Shown one piece after another: positions 34,208 through 47,200 of a stretch of DNA of 64,000 nt. Under the pieces are notes generated by a model. It saw only the letters and a program-made list of their open reading frames with translations. It was not told the DNA's origin and did no database searches. Position 1 is the first letter of the stretch, and each line of letters starts with the position of its first letter. The position numbers were made by a program, and so were the translations under genes. Source of the stretch: Phyllosticta citribraziliensis (Eukaryota); contig NW_027117349.1 in the NCBI RefSeq assembly GCF_038025025.1, positions 558,001-622,000 of the forward strand. The letters run 5' to 3'.

Positions 34208-35473
34208 GTTGATGGTTGTGGGATTGGAAGTTGGAGTTGAAGTAGGTTGAAAATCCTGCTGAAGCTGTTAGACAGAGGGCAGAGGGTGGTGGTGAGGAGC
34301 GGAGCATACACAGGTACGAATGCAGGATGATTCGAGGTGTGTGAGACGAAGAGAAAGAGGAGAGGTGTTGGAGGGGCGAAGGAAGGTTTTTATCGGCAGC
34401 GGGCGGCGGTGGTGGGGGCGCTAACTAAGCAGGGAAAACTTTTGTGTGGGCGCTGGCGGCGAGCGAGGGCGCAAGCACCACCACCCAGGGCAAGATGGCG
34501 GGGCAGCAGCACCAGCAGGCGCTGCAGAGGCGGCCCAACCACTACGCGCTCGCCTGATGAGCTGGCCACGCTGTGACTCTTTGCCCTCACGTCTCGAATA
34601 CAATTGGGTCCGTGGTGGATATCTCTCGCCGCTAGCCGCCCATGCCCTCACCGCACTCTCAAGCCTGCAGATCTGCTCGCCACTGATCCGTCTCCCATCA
34701 TGCAGGCCAAGCCGCCCGGGAACAAGTCCACCCTGCTTGCAGCTTCACGAAACCCGAAAGGCTCTTCAACACACACGCCTACCGCGGGTCCTTCGCAAAA
34801 TTCTACCAGATCACAGACGACGTCAAGCTGGAAAGCCTCCTGGCTTCAACTTTCATGACACCACCTATCCACAGTACCACCCCGACTTGACTCGATGACC
34901 GAATTTTCTCTCCATCATTACCGAGGTGATTGTCCCTCCAGCATGAAAAATCCATTTCCGTCCCTCGTCGATTCAATGCTCAACAGAGGGCGCTTCTTTG
35001 TTTCATTCATTCTCTTCAATGACGTAGCGGCCCCACGATTGCAATTTTTTTGGCACCCTGGTGTCCACATCCAGACACCGTTTGGGTGAGCATCAAAATG
35101 ATCCTTCGTCTCTGACTCCAACACAAGCCACCACATCTCAAACACCGTCACTTCACTTGTTGTCTGCGTCCACGAATGAACCTGATTTCGACTCATTCAA
35201 GTCATCTTTTCAATTGAGAGGAATTGAAAGCCCTATGCCACCCATGCATGCCCTCGAATATTGAACATGGAAATCTTGCCCAATCAACGCGCGCCGTGCC
35301 TTCGCCTTGACCCCCTATGCACTCAAAACCAATCCAGATGCCATGCAAAACTTTTGGAATCGCTCCAATCCGCAAAACAACCATTGGACCCTTCGTCTTG
35401 ATCTACCGACGGCCCCACTGTCAGATGGACGCGCCTCGGCCTCGTGCTCGTGACAGGGTCACCTTTAGCCCCT

Positions 35474-38400
35474 TCACGCCTGCCGCTGATCCTCACGGCC
35501 TTGACCTCCGTCTTCGTTGTTGCTCGTGCTCGCCGTGTCCGATGAGGCTGCCTGCGAGGCCTCTCCTGCTCCATCTGCCGTCCTCGCAGCATCTGTGCTT
35601 TCGGGATCCGGGGAAGGATTCTCTTGCGCATCCAGGTGTAAATCTTGTGCTTGGACACCCTTCGAGTCATCGTCCTGCGGGGTTTGCCATGCTGTGACTT
35701 GCGAGTATAGATCATCTTGCTCTGAATCCCAAGGGGCAAAAGCCGTTTCATCCCTGTCGCTCCGTTGCACTGATTTCTTGTCCGTCTCGATTCCCCATGC
35801 CTCAATGTGCCTGGGAGCCTCGTGCGTGTCGTGACTGCGGCCAACATCCCAGAGGGAAACGTTGACGTCGTCTGGCACGTATCCTTCAAAGACTCTGCTC
35901 TCCCCCTCTTCATTGCCAAAGCTCTTCGTCTCCGCATCATCTCCTTGGGGAGGCTTAGGCTGTTGTGGTTGCTCATTCTGCTCCTCACCGTAAGCTTTCC
36001 AGATGCTCACAAACTGCCAGTCGCCTTTTCCTTGGACCAACTCAGGTGCCTTCTTCGACATCCTGCGGCTAATGTTGACAGGCGGAACTTCCAGGCGCAG
36101 GTTGACGGCATTGTCCAGCCATTCCGCCACGCGCATCCCGTTCTCCACAAACTTTCCGAGGATGCCCTCCATCTGCGCCTCCGTCTCAGGCGACTTGCGG
36201 ATGCGCAGGCGCACCTCGTTGCGCCGGCCGCCCAGACGACCCGCCTCGACCGACGACATGGCGCCGCGGAATCGTCCATTGTCAAAGTCGAGCCGCAGCG
36301 ACTGGCGATGCTCGGTGCCAATGTGCGAGTAGGTCACAACGCGCTCCTCGCCCATTTCCGTGTAGACCTTTGGCAGATCAGGATATCGGTCAATGTTGCG
36401 TATGGACCAGGCAGGAATGCTGAGGCTGATGGTAGGCGGCACGCGAATGTTGCCCTTCATCTCAATGCTCTCTTGTGTGCGCTGGACAAAGCTTCGAATC
36501 TGTCGGTCCCTCATGGCCCCCTGCGACCACAGCATCTCGCGCCTGTTGAAAGCCACATCTGTGACCTTGTCTGGCATCAGCACGTATGCGTTGCGGTCCG
36601 CCAGAGTCAGCCCTGAGCCCGAGTAGCGCACTTGGCCCTCATCACTGAGAGACAGGCGTAGCGAAAACTTGGGAATGTCCTCCGACGCCTCTGCTGCGTC
36701 TTCGTGGTGCCATGGGAAGGGCACGAATCGAAACATCAAGGTGTCAGGGGTTCGGCCGTAGGTTCCAGGCTTCAGTTGCGTGCCAAGTGATGCAATGCCC
36801 CCGATAAAAGGGTTCGCTCCGGGTATTGAGTTGAGAAAAACGGGAGATTTCGTAGATGTGGTAACGGTTTCTGCCGAAAGCTGTGACATGCCTGGCTTAG
36901 AGTCAAAAGAATGCAAGACATTTCCATATCCCGCAGAGATTTGAGTGGTAATTTTTGGGTTCCAGAGCGACTGCTGGGGGGGTTCCTCAGAGTTTGTTGT
37001 GTTTTCGTCATTAGGTATTCCCACGCCCGTGGGCGAGAGGAGATAAGAAGTGACCTGATTTGCAACATCGCTCGTAGCATCCTGTTGTGCTATTGGAAAC
37101 TCTGCGTCTCGCGTTGATCTGTCTGCTGCTGTTGCGCTTGATCTTTGAATTGGATAGCCCCATCGTCCCAAGTTGGTTTGCCGATAACGATAGGGAAGAG
37201 CACTCTCCATTAGATTCTTGTGCAGGACTCCTTGGCCAGTCGCTCCTGTAAACATCTTCGTTTCTGTTCGGGTTCGCAAATACAGCATGTCGATCAGGAA
37301 CCGCCGCGCGCTTGCTGCATTTTTTTCACTCGTTGCGCGGATTATCAGCTGTAGGCGTGTTAGTCAAGACCAAGAGGCAAAAGCAAGAGTCTTACAGAGT
37401 CGTCCGAGACTTCAATGTTCGTGTTTGAGAAATTGGCTATAGCTTCAATGTCCCTTTGGTTGATGGCGTGCAGAATGCCTTGCATGCCTTGCCTCTCCAG
37501 CATGGGCTTGAATGGATCCAGCGTAAAGTTGGAAGATCCTACGTTGCCCAACTCCAGCTGCAAGTCTTTGATAGCCCGCATTGCATCAGTCCTGTTGGCA
37601 GTAAAGCGGATGATATTTTCTGGCTCGTAGACCTCAATTCTGACGTTTCGCTGATTTCCGATGCGGTCCAGCGCCGATTCTCGCACAGTCATCCCTGGAG
37701 CCATCAGCGCATATCCCAAGTTAGCATCAAGATGCATACCGAATCCCTTCGTAACCAGCTCAAGATGCCATTGTTTGACCTCGACCTCAATCTCCCCAAC
37801 AGCATCTAGCTCTTCCACCGTTGTGACGTGCCAAAGGCGTTTGATTATATGGTCAATCAAATCCGCCTTCTTCAGCCTCTCAGGCTCCACAAACAGTGTA
37901 CCTTTGGGTAGCCTCTCCTCAATAGGTGTGATTCCTTCCTTCCAGATGGATTTCGGGAGCTCACGACTCGACGCTTCTTCGTTCTCGAAGCTGGCCTTCA
38001 TACGAGCGTCTATGCGCCTCAAAGCCTCCAGTTTTTGCTCATCTTCGGTGATCATGACAAAGCGGCGCAGCTGCGGCGCGAGAAAGCCTTTCAGCGCCTT
38101 GCGAAGCTCCTCCAACTTTTCGTTCGAGAAGATGCGCCGCACTTTGCCACCGGCCGGCTTCATCTCATTGATGGCCGCATTGACCTCTTCCTGTCCGACC
38201 ACAGCATTCTGGCTTGCAATTGAAGCCTCTATTGCTGCTCTTGTCTCGTCCCTCTCTTTTGCAAACGTAGCATCCGCCTCCTCGAATGTCGCCTCGCCCT
38301 TGTGTCCGAAATCCACGTCGATGTCGCGTAAGATGAGCACTTCGGCCTTTTGCCCTAATGTTATTCGATCCAGTGGCTTAGAATCCTCCAACAGAACTTT

Positions 38401-38703
38401 TTTGTTACTTGCGCGGCGAGTCTTTCGTATCGTCTTCATCTGCGTGCCTCCTGGACCACCGACCTTTCGGATCTTGGGTTTCGCGTCGACATCATCTTCG
38501 GGGAAGACTTGGGACCTTTTCAGGTCGACCTCTGGTAGTGACGAGTCACCGAGGGGGTCCTGCCAGCGAAGGCTTGGATGGGTGGAGAATCTCGTATGCG
38601 GCGTGGCGAAGAAAGTTCGAAGTGCGGATGCATTGTGTTGATGTTGCGTGATTCGACAGCGCAGACATATCGAGGAGCTTCCCAGGGATCTTCTGACAAG
38701 CAT
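35474..38703 (-). CDS. SLS1-like mitochondrial inner-membrane-bound regulator
   Basis: 447 aa and 604 aa ORFs join through intron 37349-37395 (GTAAGA..CTAAC..CAG) into ..DDS|LIIRATSE..; second intron 37695-37739. Presequence MLVRRSLGSSSICLRCR; LGQKAEVLILRD and IIKRLWHV..GEIEV segments resemble Pezizomycotina SLS1-family proteins (from memory, not searched). Confidence 0.7.
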
Positions 38704-38936
38704 ATGGGAAGATTCAGTCGGCGGAGAACTGTCGGTATCGAAATGTCGCGCGATGTTGATTCAGTTCACGATGTCGCGCATCGGGGGAACTTTTGTGACA
38801 CCGCCCCCGAGACCGCCTCAAATACTGCCGACACTCGGAACCGTTTTCTTGCAGGGATTCGGCAACCACCCTTGGTTCTTACTTTTACACACCAATTCAA
38901 AAGAGCATGTGAGTGGACTCAAAACGCCTCAATTTG

Positions 38937-40261
38937 TTACCGAGTAGGAATCGCCCAGCTCCTCAAATCCTCTCTAACATCAAGCTCATCGACCTCATGG
39001 GTCGGTCTACCCTTTGGAATCTGAGAATCTGCCTTCATCTGGTGCGCTTGTTGCTCCAAACTTGCTCGTCCGCGTATTGCTGCAGTGCTGCGACCCAGAC
39101 TGAGTACACGCTCATGACCGAGCCCAGCCCGCACCCTCTTCGAAGCATCCTGAGACTTGTTGCTTGTTTGGCTTGGAGTACTCCTGTGCCAGCTTCGACC
39201 GTCGCCCAGAGACCCGGTTTCAGCACCTTCAGTAGAAAGACGATCTCGAGATTCCGGTTGAGCTTCCTTCCCCCATCCGTCGCCGCCGCTAAAAATATCC
39301 TCTATGCATTCGTCTGCGCGAAGCTCGCCGGGTTGTGCTGCCCAGAATGCAATCTCGGTCCGGCGATACATGTCCTGCATCTCGCCATTCTCCAGTGCGT
39401 TTTTGCTAAGGGTCGGGATGTCTGCAACACTTAGCACGTCTCCCAATGCGCATGACAGTGTTGCACATACGCCCAATATCGTCCGAATCTCCAGGCTCTC
39501 CTGCAATGATACCTGCTATCCCTCCAAAGACTTGAGCAACTCGTAAAGGCGGACTGTTACTGTCAGCATTGCACTGGTCGAGACAAATGCCAGACTTACG
39601 CAATGTAGTCCCTTTCACCCTCTATTTGCCGCATGTAAATGCCAACCTTGAGCGTGCTATTAATCTTGGATTCTTGCATGAGATATCTCCGCACGACTCC
39701 CTCGGACTCGTCGGCTTCATGCTCGCTAGCCTCGACATACTCGGCCAAGTTGAGTTCAACCTTGCCCAAAATTATCCTATCGTGCTTCCCTCGAGACCCG
39801 TACTCTTGGAGAACATCAAAATGTATCCACGAGTCTTCTAGGAGCTTGGTCTTGTTTTGGATGGTGAGGCGGACGGGAACGTGCTTTTCGTAGTCGTAAA
39901 ACACCTTGTGGTCCTTGATGGCGCAGCGTTCGGTGCGGCCGCGGTGCTCTGCGGCGGTGGAGCCGGGGATGTACCACTTCACAAAAGAGGTGCCGGAGAC
40001 GAGCGGGACATTGTTGAGGTCGACAATCTACAGCGGACCATGAGCAAGGGGTTCGTCCCGCCGATTAGGGGAAGCGTACCCTCAGGTGGAGGTCGAACTT
40101 GGGCTGCAAATGGTGTCAGCGGCGGGCCGGGCATGCAACAAAGCAACTTACTCTGCGGTGTTTGGGGACTGCGAGAGCCGTCAGCGATTCGTTCGCCCAA
40201 GCAACCGTCTTGCGCCGCGGCGGCATTGGAGAAGTGGGTAGATCTCACCAAAGGCCTGCAT
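38937..40261 (-). CDS. NT-type C2 domain (EEIG1/EHBP1 N-terminal) protein
   Basis: Six exons: MQAF|VPKHRR|PKFDLHLR|IVDLNNVPLVSGTSFVKW..LGKVELNLAEYV..RRYLMQESKINSTLKVGI..DYIA|PPLRVAQVFGGIAG..|..ADECIEDIFSGGDGW..LRSWAIPTR*; all junctions GT..AG. Confidence 0.88.
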
Positions 40262-40580
40262 GGCGGGCGATAGGTGGTTGCTGGGCGCAGCGGCTTTATC
40301 ACGGCTCGTACGGGCACAGGCAGGCAGAGTTGCTTCCTGATCCCTCCACGGTGACTTCCTTCTTTCGGACGGGGCACGCGGAATGGCTGGGCGCTGGCTG
40401 GGCCTGGGGTCTGTGGATAGGATTCATGGAATGGGGGAGTCGAGCCGGAGAAGCGCCTTGCCTTGGGCCGACCACTGCTCGTGCCCGCGTGCCCGCCCGG
40501 CTTGCCGAACCAAACCAACCAACACATGCCACCATCCTCTTTGGTTCCCACCACAACCACACCACTCCACCGTCGTTCGC

Positions 40581-42054
40581 ATGCCCGCTGACCCCGACGC
40601 CGTTGCCCGTTGCGTGGTGGCCGCCTTCGACACCCTGCCGGCCAAGTCCAAGCCCCGGCCAGGCGAGTGGGTGCCGTTGGCCGGCATCGTTGTGCGGCTG
40701 TCAAAAAGTCGGTACATAGTGCCTGCAATAACTCCACATCTCCGCCCGCTGACGAATCTGCCAGACCCGCAGCCTTGACCTGCGTCGCTCTGGGGTAAAC
40801 CTTGCCTGCCCTGAGGTCCACAGTGGAGTTCTCCGCTTACCGCTTCCGGCTACTTTTAGGACGGGCATGAAATGTCTCCCCTCGGCCAAAGTCCCTCTGG
40901 CCAACGGCGTCGTCTTGCACGATTGGCATGCAGAGGTGCTGGCCCTCCGAGCGTTCAATCGTTTCCTCCTTGACGAATGCGCAAGGCTCGTATCGACCGA
41001 CTGCGCCTCCTCGGATTTGATCCGACTGCGCGAAGACGCTGACATCTCCGAAACATGCCCTCAGCCCTTTGCCCTCCATGACGATGTAGAAATTTACCTG
41101 TACTGCTCCGAGGCACCATGTGGCGACGCGAGCATGGAGTTGACCATGCAAGCCCAAGCCGATGCCACACCATGGGATCTGCCCCCAAAATCCACCGAAA
41201 CGCCAGAATTTGCCTCGACCAAAGAGGCTCTTCGCGGCAGAGGCTATTTCTCAGAGCTGGGGATAGTTCGTCGTAAACCTGGTGCGTGCATCGAAACCAC
41301 AGCCTCCAAAAGCACTGAGCTGAGAACATTAGGCCGACCAGATGCACCGCCCACCTTGAGCAAGTCGTGTACTGACAAGATTGCCTTGAAGCAATGCGTT
41401 TCTCTGCTCAACGCCGTCACTGCCCTGCTCGTATCCCCTAAAAATGCTTACCTTGAAGCTCTCATTCTTCCGCACTCCCAGCACGTCCCTGAAGCATCTG
41501 AGCGCGCTTTTGGTCCAACAGGCCGAATGTCGACCCTTTCGCCTGAGTTGACTCAAAGCTGGGCCCAAGGGGGCTATGACTTTCGCCCATTTGAGGTGTG
41601 TACGACATTGCAGGAGTTTGCTTGGTCCAGGCGCAGTGGCCAGCTTGAGAATCAAAAGCTCGTCCCCAGTAACATCAGTGCCCTCTACACCACTCACCAC
41701 AAAGAGACCCTCATCAACGGAGTTCTTCAAGGACGGAAGCAGACTGATCCTAGGGGAGCCAGCGTTATTTCCAAATATGGGTTTTGGAAGAGCGCCGTGG
41801 AAGTTTCCGAGCAACTCCCACATGTCCATGTAAAGGCCGAGTTGTTCAAAGTGCTTTCATCGAGTTCCAATTATGGTGTCTTGAAAAGGACCAAGATGCT
41901 ACAGTTTAGACAGCGAGTCAAAGATGATTGCAAGGAAACTGCCTTGAAGGGTTGGGTACCCAACGAGAACGACGACAGCTTCGATCTCTTGAACTCGGAA
42001 AGAGGCAAACGCCTTAAGGAGCCAGTATTAAATCCAACTTCCCTTGGCTCGTGA
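40581..42054 (+). CDS. TAD1: tRNA-specific adenosine deaminase 1 (ADAT1 family)
   Basis: ATG 40581, two short 5' introns, then LGTGMKCLP, LHDWHAEVLA, SEAPCGDAS, and after removing 41282-41332 RRKPGRPDAPPTLSKSCTDK (Zn ligands H, C, C and catalytic E). Confidence 0.92.
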
Positions 42055-42703
42055 GTTTCGGAGCAATGAGGACCCAGCGGACTTACGAAATAATCTTGGG
42101 TTTGGATACGGCTGCTCTTTCGAGGCCCCAGGCTCAATCGCATCTATTCGATTTGTATATGTATTGTACAGCTGGCATCCCGACGGCTTGCAATGGAGCT
42201 TTGCATTTGGCCCTGAGCATATTCGAGAACGAATGACAAGCCCGAACACCAATAATTCACCAGATCAGTATTTGACTTGGATTGCTTCGGGCAATGTCTG
42301 TTTGGCAGTCTGTAAACAAATGAACGTCGATTGAAAGATTCGATGCCGTATCATTCAGTCGGCAAAGGTTTCTTGACCACCACCAAAGCCAATGCGGAGT
42401 TAAGAAACGGCCGAACACCTTCAGATACAAACCCCTGATTCGACTGCAAGCCATGACAGATGCAAACAGAGCTCCGTCGACGCCATGGCGCCGTGACGTC
42501 ACGCCCAAGAAGAACCCCCGCCCTTGACGGCAGCGGGAACGAGTGCGGGGGACCCCAACCGAACAACAAACAGCCTCCATTCACATCACGACGCAGCGCG
42601 CCGCGCCACCCTCCCATTGCTCCGGCAACAACTACCTAAAACAAACCACGAGGGAGAAATCTCCAATCCAATCCTGCATCCCGATGCGGGACGACCGTTT
42701 CTG

Positions 42704-43818
42704 ATGCCCAAGCACCGGAGCCATGGCAGCGGCAGCGGCAGCAACAGCAATAGCGTTGAATCGGCCCCTGCTCCGCGCTCCAGCGCCCCCGTCGTCGCCA
42801 ACTTTGCCTCGCACCACCTGACCATCGGCTGCGGCGTAGCCATCTTCCACGTCGCGTCCGAGAAGGTCGTGCTGTGCTTCCATAGCCGCGATCGCTACTG
42901 GTTCCTGCCCAAGGGCCGCAAGGACGCGGGCGAGGATTTGGGGAGAGCTGCTGAGCGCGAGGGTTTTGAGGAGGTGCGTCGGCTTCTTTGCCCCCCTTTT
43001 CTTTTCGCCTGTCTCTTGGTTTGTCTTGAGTCTTGGTGCGGTACATGTTGTGGATTGAAGACTTTTGGGCCTGGCAAGAGCTTGGGATTGGAAGATCTGC
43101 CGAAAGTTGGCTGCAGGAGTATGGCTGGTCGTGTGAACTTCTTCGCCGCAATCATGCTTCCTGATCCCAGCCGCCGCTGATGATGATGATGATGCTGACG
43201 CGATCCGTACCTCAGTCTGGCTACCGCAACCGCCTCCTCCCACTGCCCATCCAGCACCGTCAACCACGACCTGCCCACGCGCCGACTCAACCCACACAGA
43301 GCGATGGCGGCAGCGATGTGGGCAGCACGACCACTGCCCCCTCCCCTCCACATCTGAATTCCCTCCTCTTCTCCACCGAGCCCGTCTGGACGCAGTTGGT
43401 GCCGCAGTCTGCCCACACGCAATACATTCTCTTCTGGTACGTGGCGGAAACGGTCCCGCCAGACGTCGAAGCCGCACTCCAGCAGCAACAGCAGCACTCG
43501 ATCACCCCATCTACCTCATTTCCCTCAACCCAAACCCCTCCTCGTCCACCTCCGCTGTCGCAAGCGCCATACATCCCTCCGCCGCCGTACCCGCCCAGCT
43601 TGTCCCTGCGCGACCGCCTCGCGGCCGAGCCGCCGGACTACGTGCCGCCGCGGCATGAGGGGACGGGCGTCGATGCCGAGGAGGCGCTGTATGAGAGCTA
43701 CCTCGTGCCCGTCGATGAGGCGGTGGGGCGGCTGCGCGGCAGCGTCATGGCGGATGTGGTGCGGAAGGGGTGGGTGGGGATCAAGGAGCGCAGGGAGTGG
43801 GAGGAGAAGGCGGAGTGA
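42704..43818 (+). CDS. Nudix hydrolase
   Basis: Intron 42974-43215 (GTGCGT..CTGAC..CAG) restores the Nudix box LPKGRKDAGEDLGRAAEREGFEE|SGY (GX5EX7REXXEEXG). Confidence 0.88.
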
Positions 43819-44223
43819 TTGTGTGAAAGAGGCGTTGGAGTGGCAGTGTGCTTTGTCGGGGGTTTCTTTTGGGATGGGATGGGACGGGATGAGTGATGGA
43901 GTACGGAGTTTAGTAAGTCTGTCTGGAAGTGAAAGGGGAGTGTTCTTAGAAGGTAAAAAGGTCTTCTCTTTTTGCCGCTCTGAAGAACGCACGTGTGGTG
44001 CATCTATCGAGCCTCGCTACTTCGTCACCAAACTTTTGCCAATGCCAACGCAAAAATCGCACTACCTATGTATCCTGAGCAAGCCAAAAGCTCGACGCTG
44101 CTTATCCACAACCATCGATCCAACCCAGCATGTGCAAGAACTCAACCCAAGAGGATCCGAACACCTGCCCTACTCTCTAAACGGCACCGTATACCCAATT
44201 CTCATCCCCGTCTGCTTTTTGAC

Positions 44224-47200
44224 CTACTCCACACGCTGCTCCGGCTGCTCCCGGTCCAGTCGCTCGTCGTAATAGTCTCGCGTGTTGCTCAGCGTGTACT
44301 CGGGCTCAGTGTCAGAGTTGTCGGCGTCGGCTTCAGCGTTGGCGTCGGCGCCATCCTCGTCGTCTTCGTGCTCCTCGAGAATAGTCTGGAGGCCATCGCC
44401 GTCGTCGTCGCCGCCGTCGTGCGTGGAGGAGGAAGCGTTACCACTGTCTTTGGCAGGTTTGTCGTGCTCTTCGTCGTCGTCGCCCGACTCGTGCTCGTCG
44501 CCGAAATATTGTGCTTCCTTGAGATTCTTCAGGTCAGGCTGCGACGCCTGCCGCGCCTGCTCCTCTGCCTCGCCTTCTCGCATGAACTTATCGAGGGAGC
44601 GCTGGTTGTGCTGCTCGTCTTTCTTGTTGATGAAAGCCTGGCGTTTCTGGAAGGCTTTGAGCTCTTCTTTGCGGTCTGCTTTGGTTTTTTCGTTCTGCTG
44701 CTGCTCTGTCTTGCCTGCTTTGACGAAGTCGTTGACTTCTTGGGCGGTTTGGGCGATTTCGGCCTCTTTGACAAAAGACTGCGCGTTCGACATGACTCTG
44801 AAGTTGGGCTGTGAAGCTTGCTGCGCTTGCTGCTCTGCCTTGCCCTCTTCGATAAAGTTGTCGACTTCTTGAGCCGTCTGGTCAACTTCATCCCCCTCCA
44901 CAAGAAACTGCGCGTTCGACAGGGCTTTGAGATCCGGTTGCGACGTCTCCTGCTGCTGCTTCTTTTTTCCGTCTTTGACGAACTTCCGCAAAGCGCGAGC
45001 GTTGAGCTGCTCATCTTCCCCGTCGACAAACGCCTGGCCTTGCTGAAAGCTCCTGAGCTCTTCGTTGCCGTCCGATCGAGCCTGCTGCCGTGCCTGCTCC
45101 GCCGCCTCGCCCTCCTGCACGAAATTCTCAAGAGTGCGGAGGTTGTGCTGTTTGTCGGCTTTGCTGGTGAAGTCCTGCGCCTCTGCCAGCTTCTTGAGGT
45201 GGTCGGATGGCAAACGGTTCTCGTCCTCCTCCTTCTGGCCTTCCTGACGAAAGCATTGAAGCTCTGCAACAGTGACGTGCTCGTCGCCAAACTGCTCGCC
45301 CGCCATCCTTGTGAGTTCCCTGCCTCGTCCCGTCTGTGCCGGCTCCTTGCCTTTGCGCTGGCCCTCGGGCTTCCAGGGCACCGGCGCAAGGAACCTTGGC
45401 ACTTCTTCTTCCGCCGCGCGGCAGTCGGACTCGTCGATGAAGTACTGCGCATCGTCTAAGTCTGCTAGATCGATGGATGGGGCGCTCGGTGGCGAGCTTT
45501 GATTCTCGTGTTCGCGGTCGTCTCGGCGGAGGGAAGGCTCGGCGGCGTCGCTCGTCTGCGGCGAGCTTTGCTCCTCCTCGCCTTCGTTGCTGTATTCGCT
45601 GTATTCGCTGTGGGAATAGTCGGCGGTCTGATCGATCGGAAGCGGCGAGCTCTGCTCCGCCTCGCCTTCAGGGCCATCTGCGCTTCGGGAGGACTTGTCG
45701 CTGTGGGTCGAGTGCGGCGAGTTCTGCTCCTCTTCCGCTTCGAAGCCATCTCCGCCATGAGAGGGCTCGGCAGTCTGGTGTGTAATCTGCGGCGAGCTCT
45801 GATCGTCAACGTCACCCCCTTGGCCATCGTCTTCATCCTCGACTTCCTCTTCATAATCAGAATCGTAACCAGCCAGCTCATCCGCTAGGTTCGGGCCCTC
45901 AACAGGGCTTGTAGGACTGATACTAAAGTCGACAGACCCCCTTTGCCGCTCGAACGAGCTGTGGGTCCGTTCGCCATCTTCTGTTTGAATCGGCGACTCA
46001 ATACCGAGCTCCTGAAGCGGCTGATGAGCAACTATCTGGTCATTAGCAGGGCTCGTGGGGCTTTGAATCTGGTCGACTGGGGGCTGCTGCCGCTCGGGTG
46101 AGTTGTATTCCTGTTCGCCATCTCCCTCGGCGTCAATGTTGTTGTCGCCGTCTTCTTCCATGCCCTCCAGGTCCGAGGCCAGGGATGTGATTTCCGACTG
46201 AGTGTCAGCTGCGTCGATTTGCTGCTGTCTATCGCCCTCTCTCCACTCGTCCAAGATCCTTTGGATGTTGTCTTCGTGCATAGCCTTTACTGCCAACTGC
46301 TCTTCGATGACAGCAAAGTGTCTGCGCATTTTGTCAAGGTAGTTTTGGCGCCTTATGTTATCTTCCTGCGGGAGTCCTTCTTCAGACTCTCCTTCGGAGT
46401 CCGCTCGGTAGGCGGCTTCGCGCGTCGGCTGCTGGGTTGGTCGTGTTCGCTGTTCATTCCTTGCGGCCTGAATTTGCCAGTCCAGCCAGCCGTGGAAGAC
46501 GTCGCTGCAGATTAGGTAAATGTGATGTGCCAGCTTGGCCAAAAAGAGCGACGAAGGCAAAAACCGGAACGGCAGTCCAACCGCCTGCGATGCGCGCTCC
46601 ACCAATTGATCCAAGGGCTGCAGCGAGGGCAAGTAGCCCACCAACGGCGCCAACACTGCAGAGAGTGCTTCCACGGCATGTTTTCCACCCTTTGTGTGTT
46701 CCGCCAACGCCAGAGTAACTATCAAGGAAATCCAGACACATGCCGTGATGATCCAGGTGCGTGGCTTGACGGATTTGGCCTTTGGATCATTGAAAATTCC
46801 GAAAAGAGCGCAGAGAAACAGCAAGTAGGGTATCGGTGCTACCAGCGGTCCAAAGCACATGAACCTCCAGATCTCCGACGGCGTAAGCAATGTATGGACT
46901 GTCTTTTTTGCGAGGTTTGGCCAGACGTGAGGGTCGCAAATGAAGACTGCTTTGGAGAACAAGGTGGGGTATTTTGCAAAGTCGGGCCGCCTGCTGGGGT
47001 GCGTCTGCTGGAGGACGAAGTAGAGGTGAGACATGGTTTCTTCGGGCTCCTCCAAAGAATGTTTTGCAAACTCTTGAAGCATGAGGACGAAGTTTGCCGA
47101 GCGCCGGCAAAGTTGAGAGGCCGAGGCGACGAAGCTGGCAAGGAACATGTTGACTTGAGAGGGGCCTCCTGTCAAGCGGTCCAATCCAGCTCGAGTTGAA

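Noticed and set aside
34600..35400. Short plus-strand ORFs between TEF1 and the SLS1-like gene
   Set aside because: No consistent frame, splice pattern or motif.
43178..43199. TGATGA..CTGA in the Nudix intron as a C/D snoRNA
   Set aside because: It is a (GAT)n microsatellite abutting the branch point; no room for a guide region.
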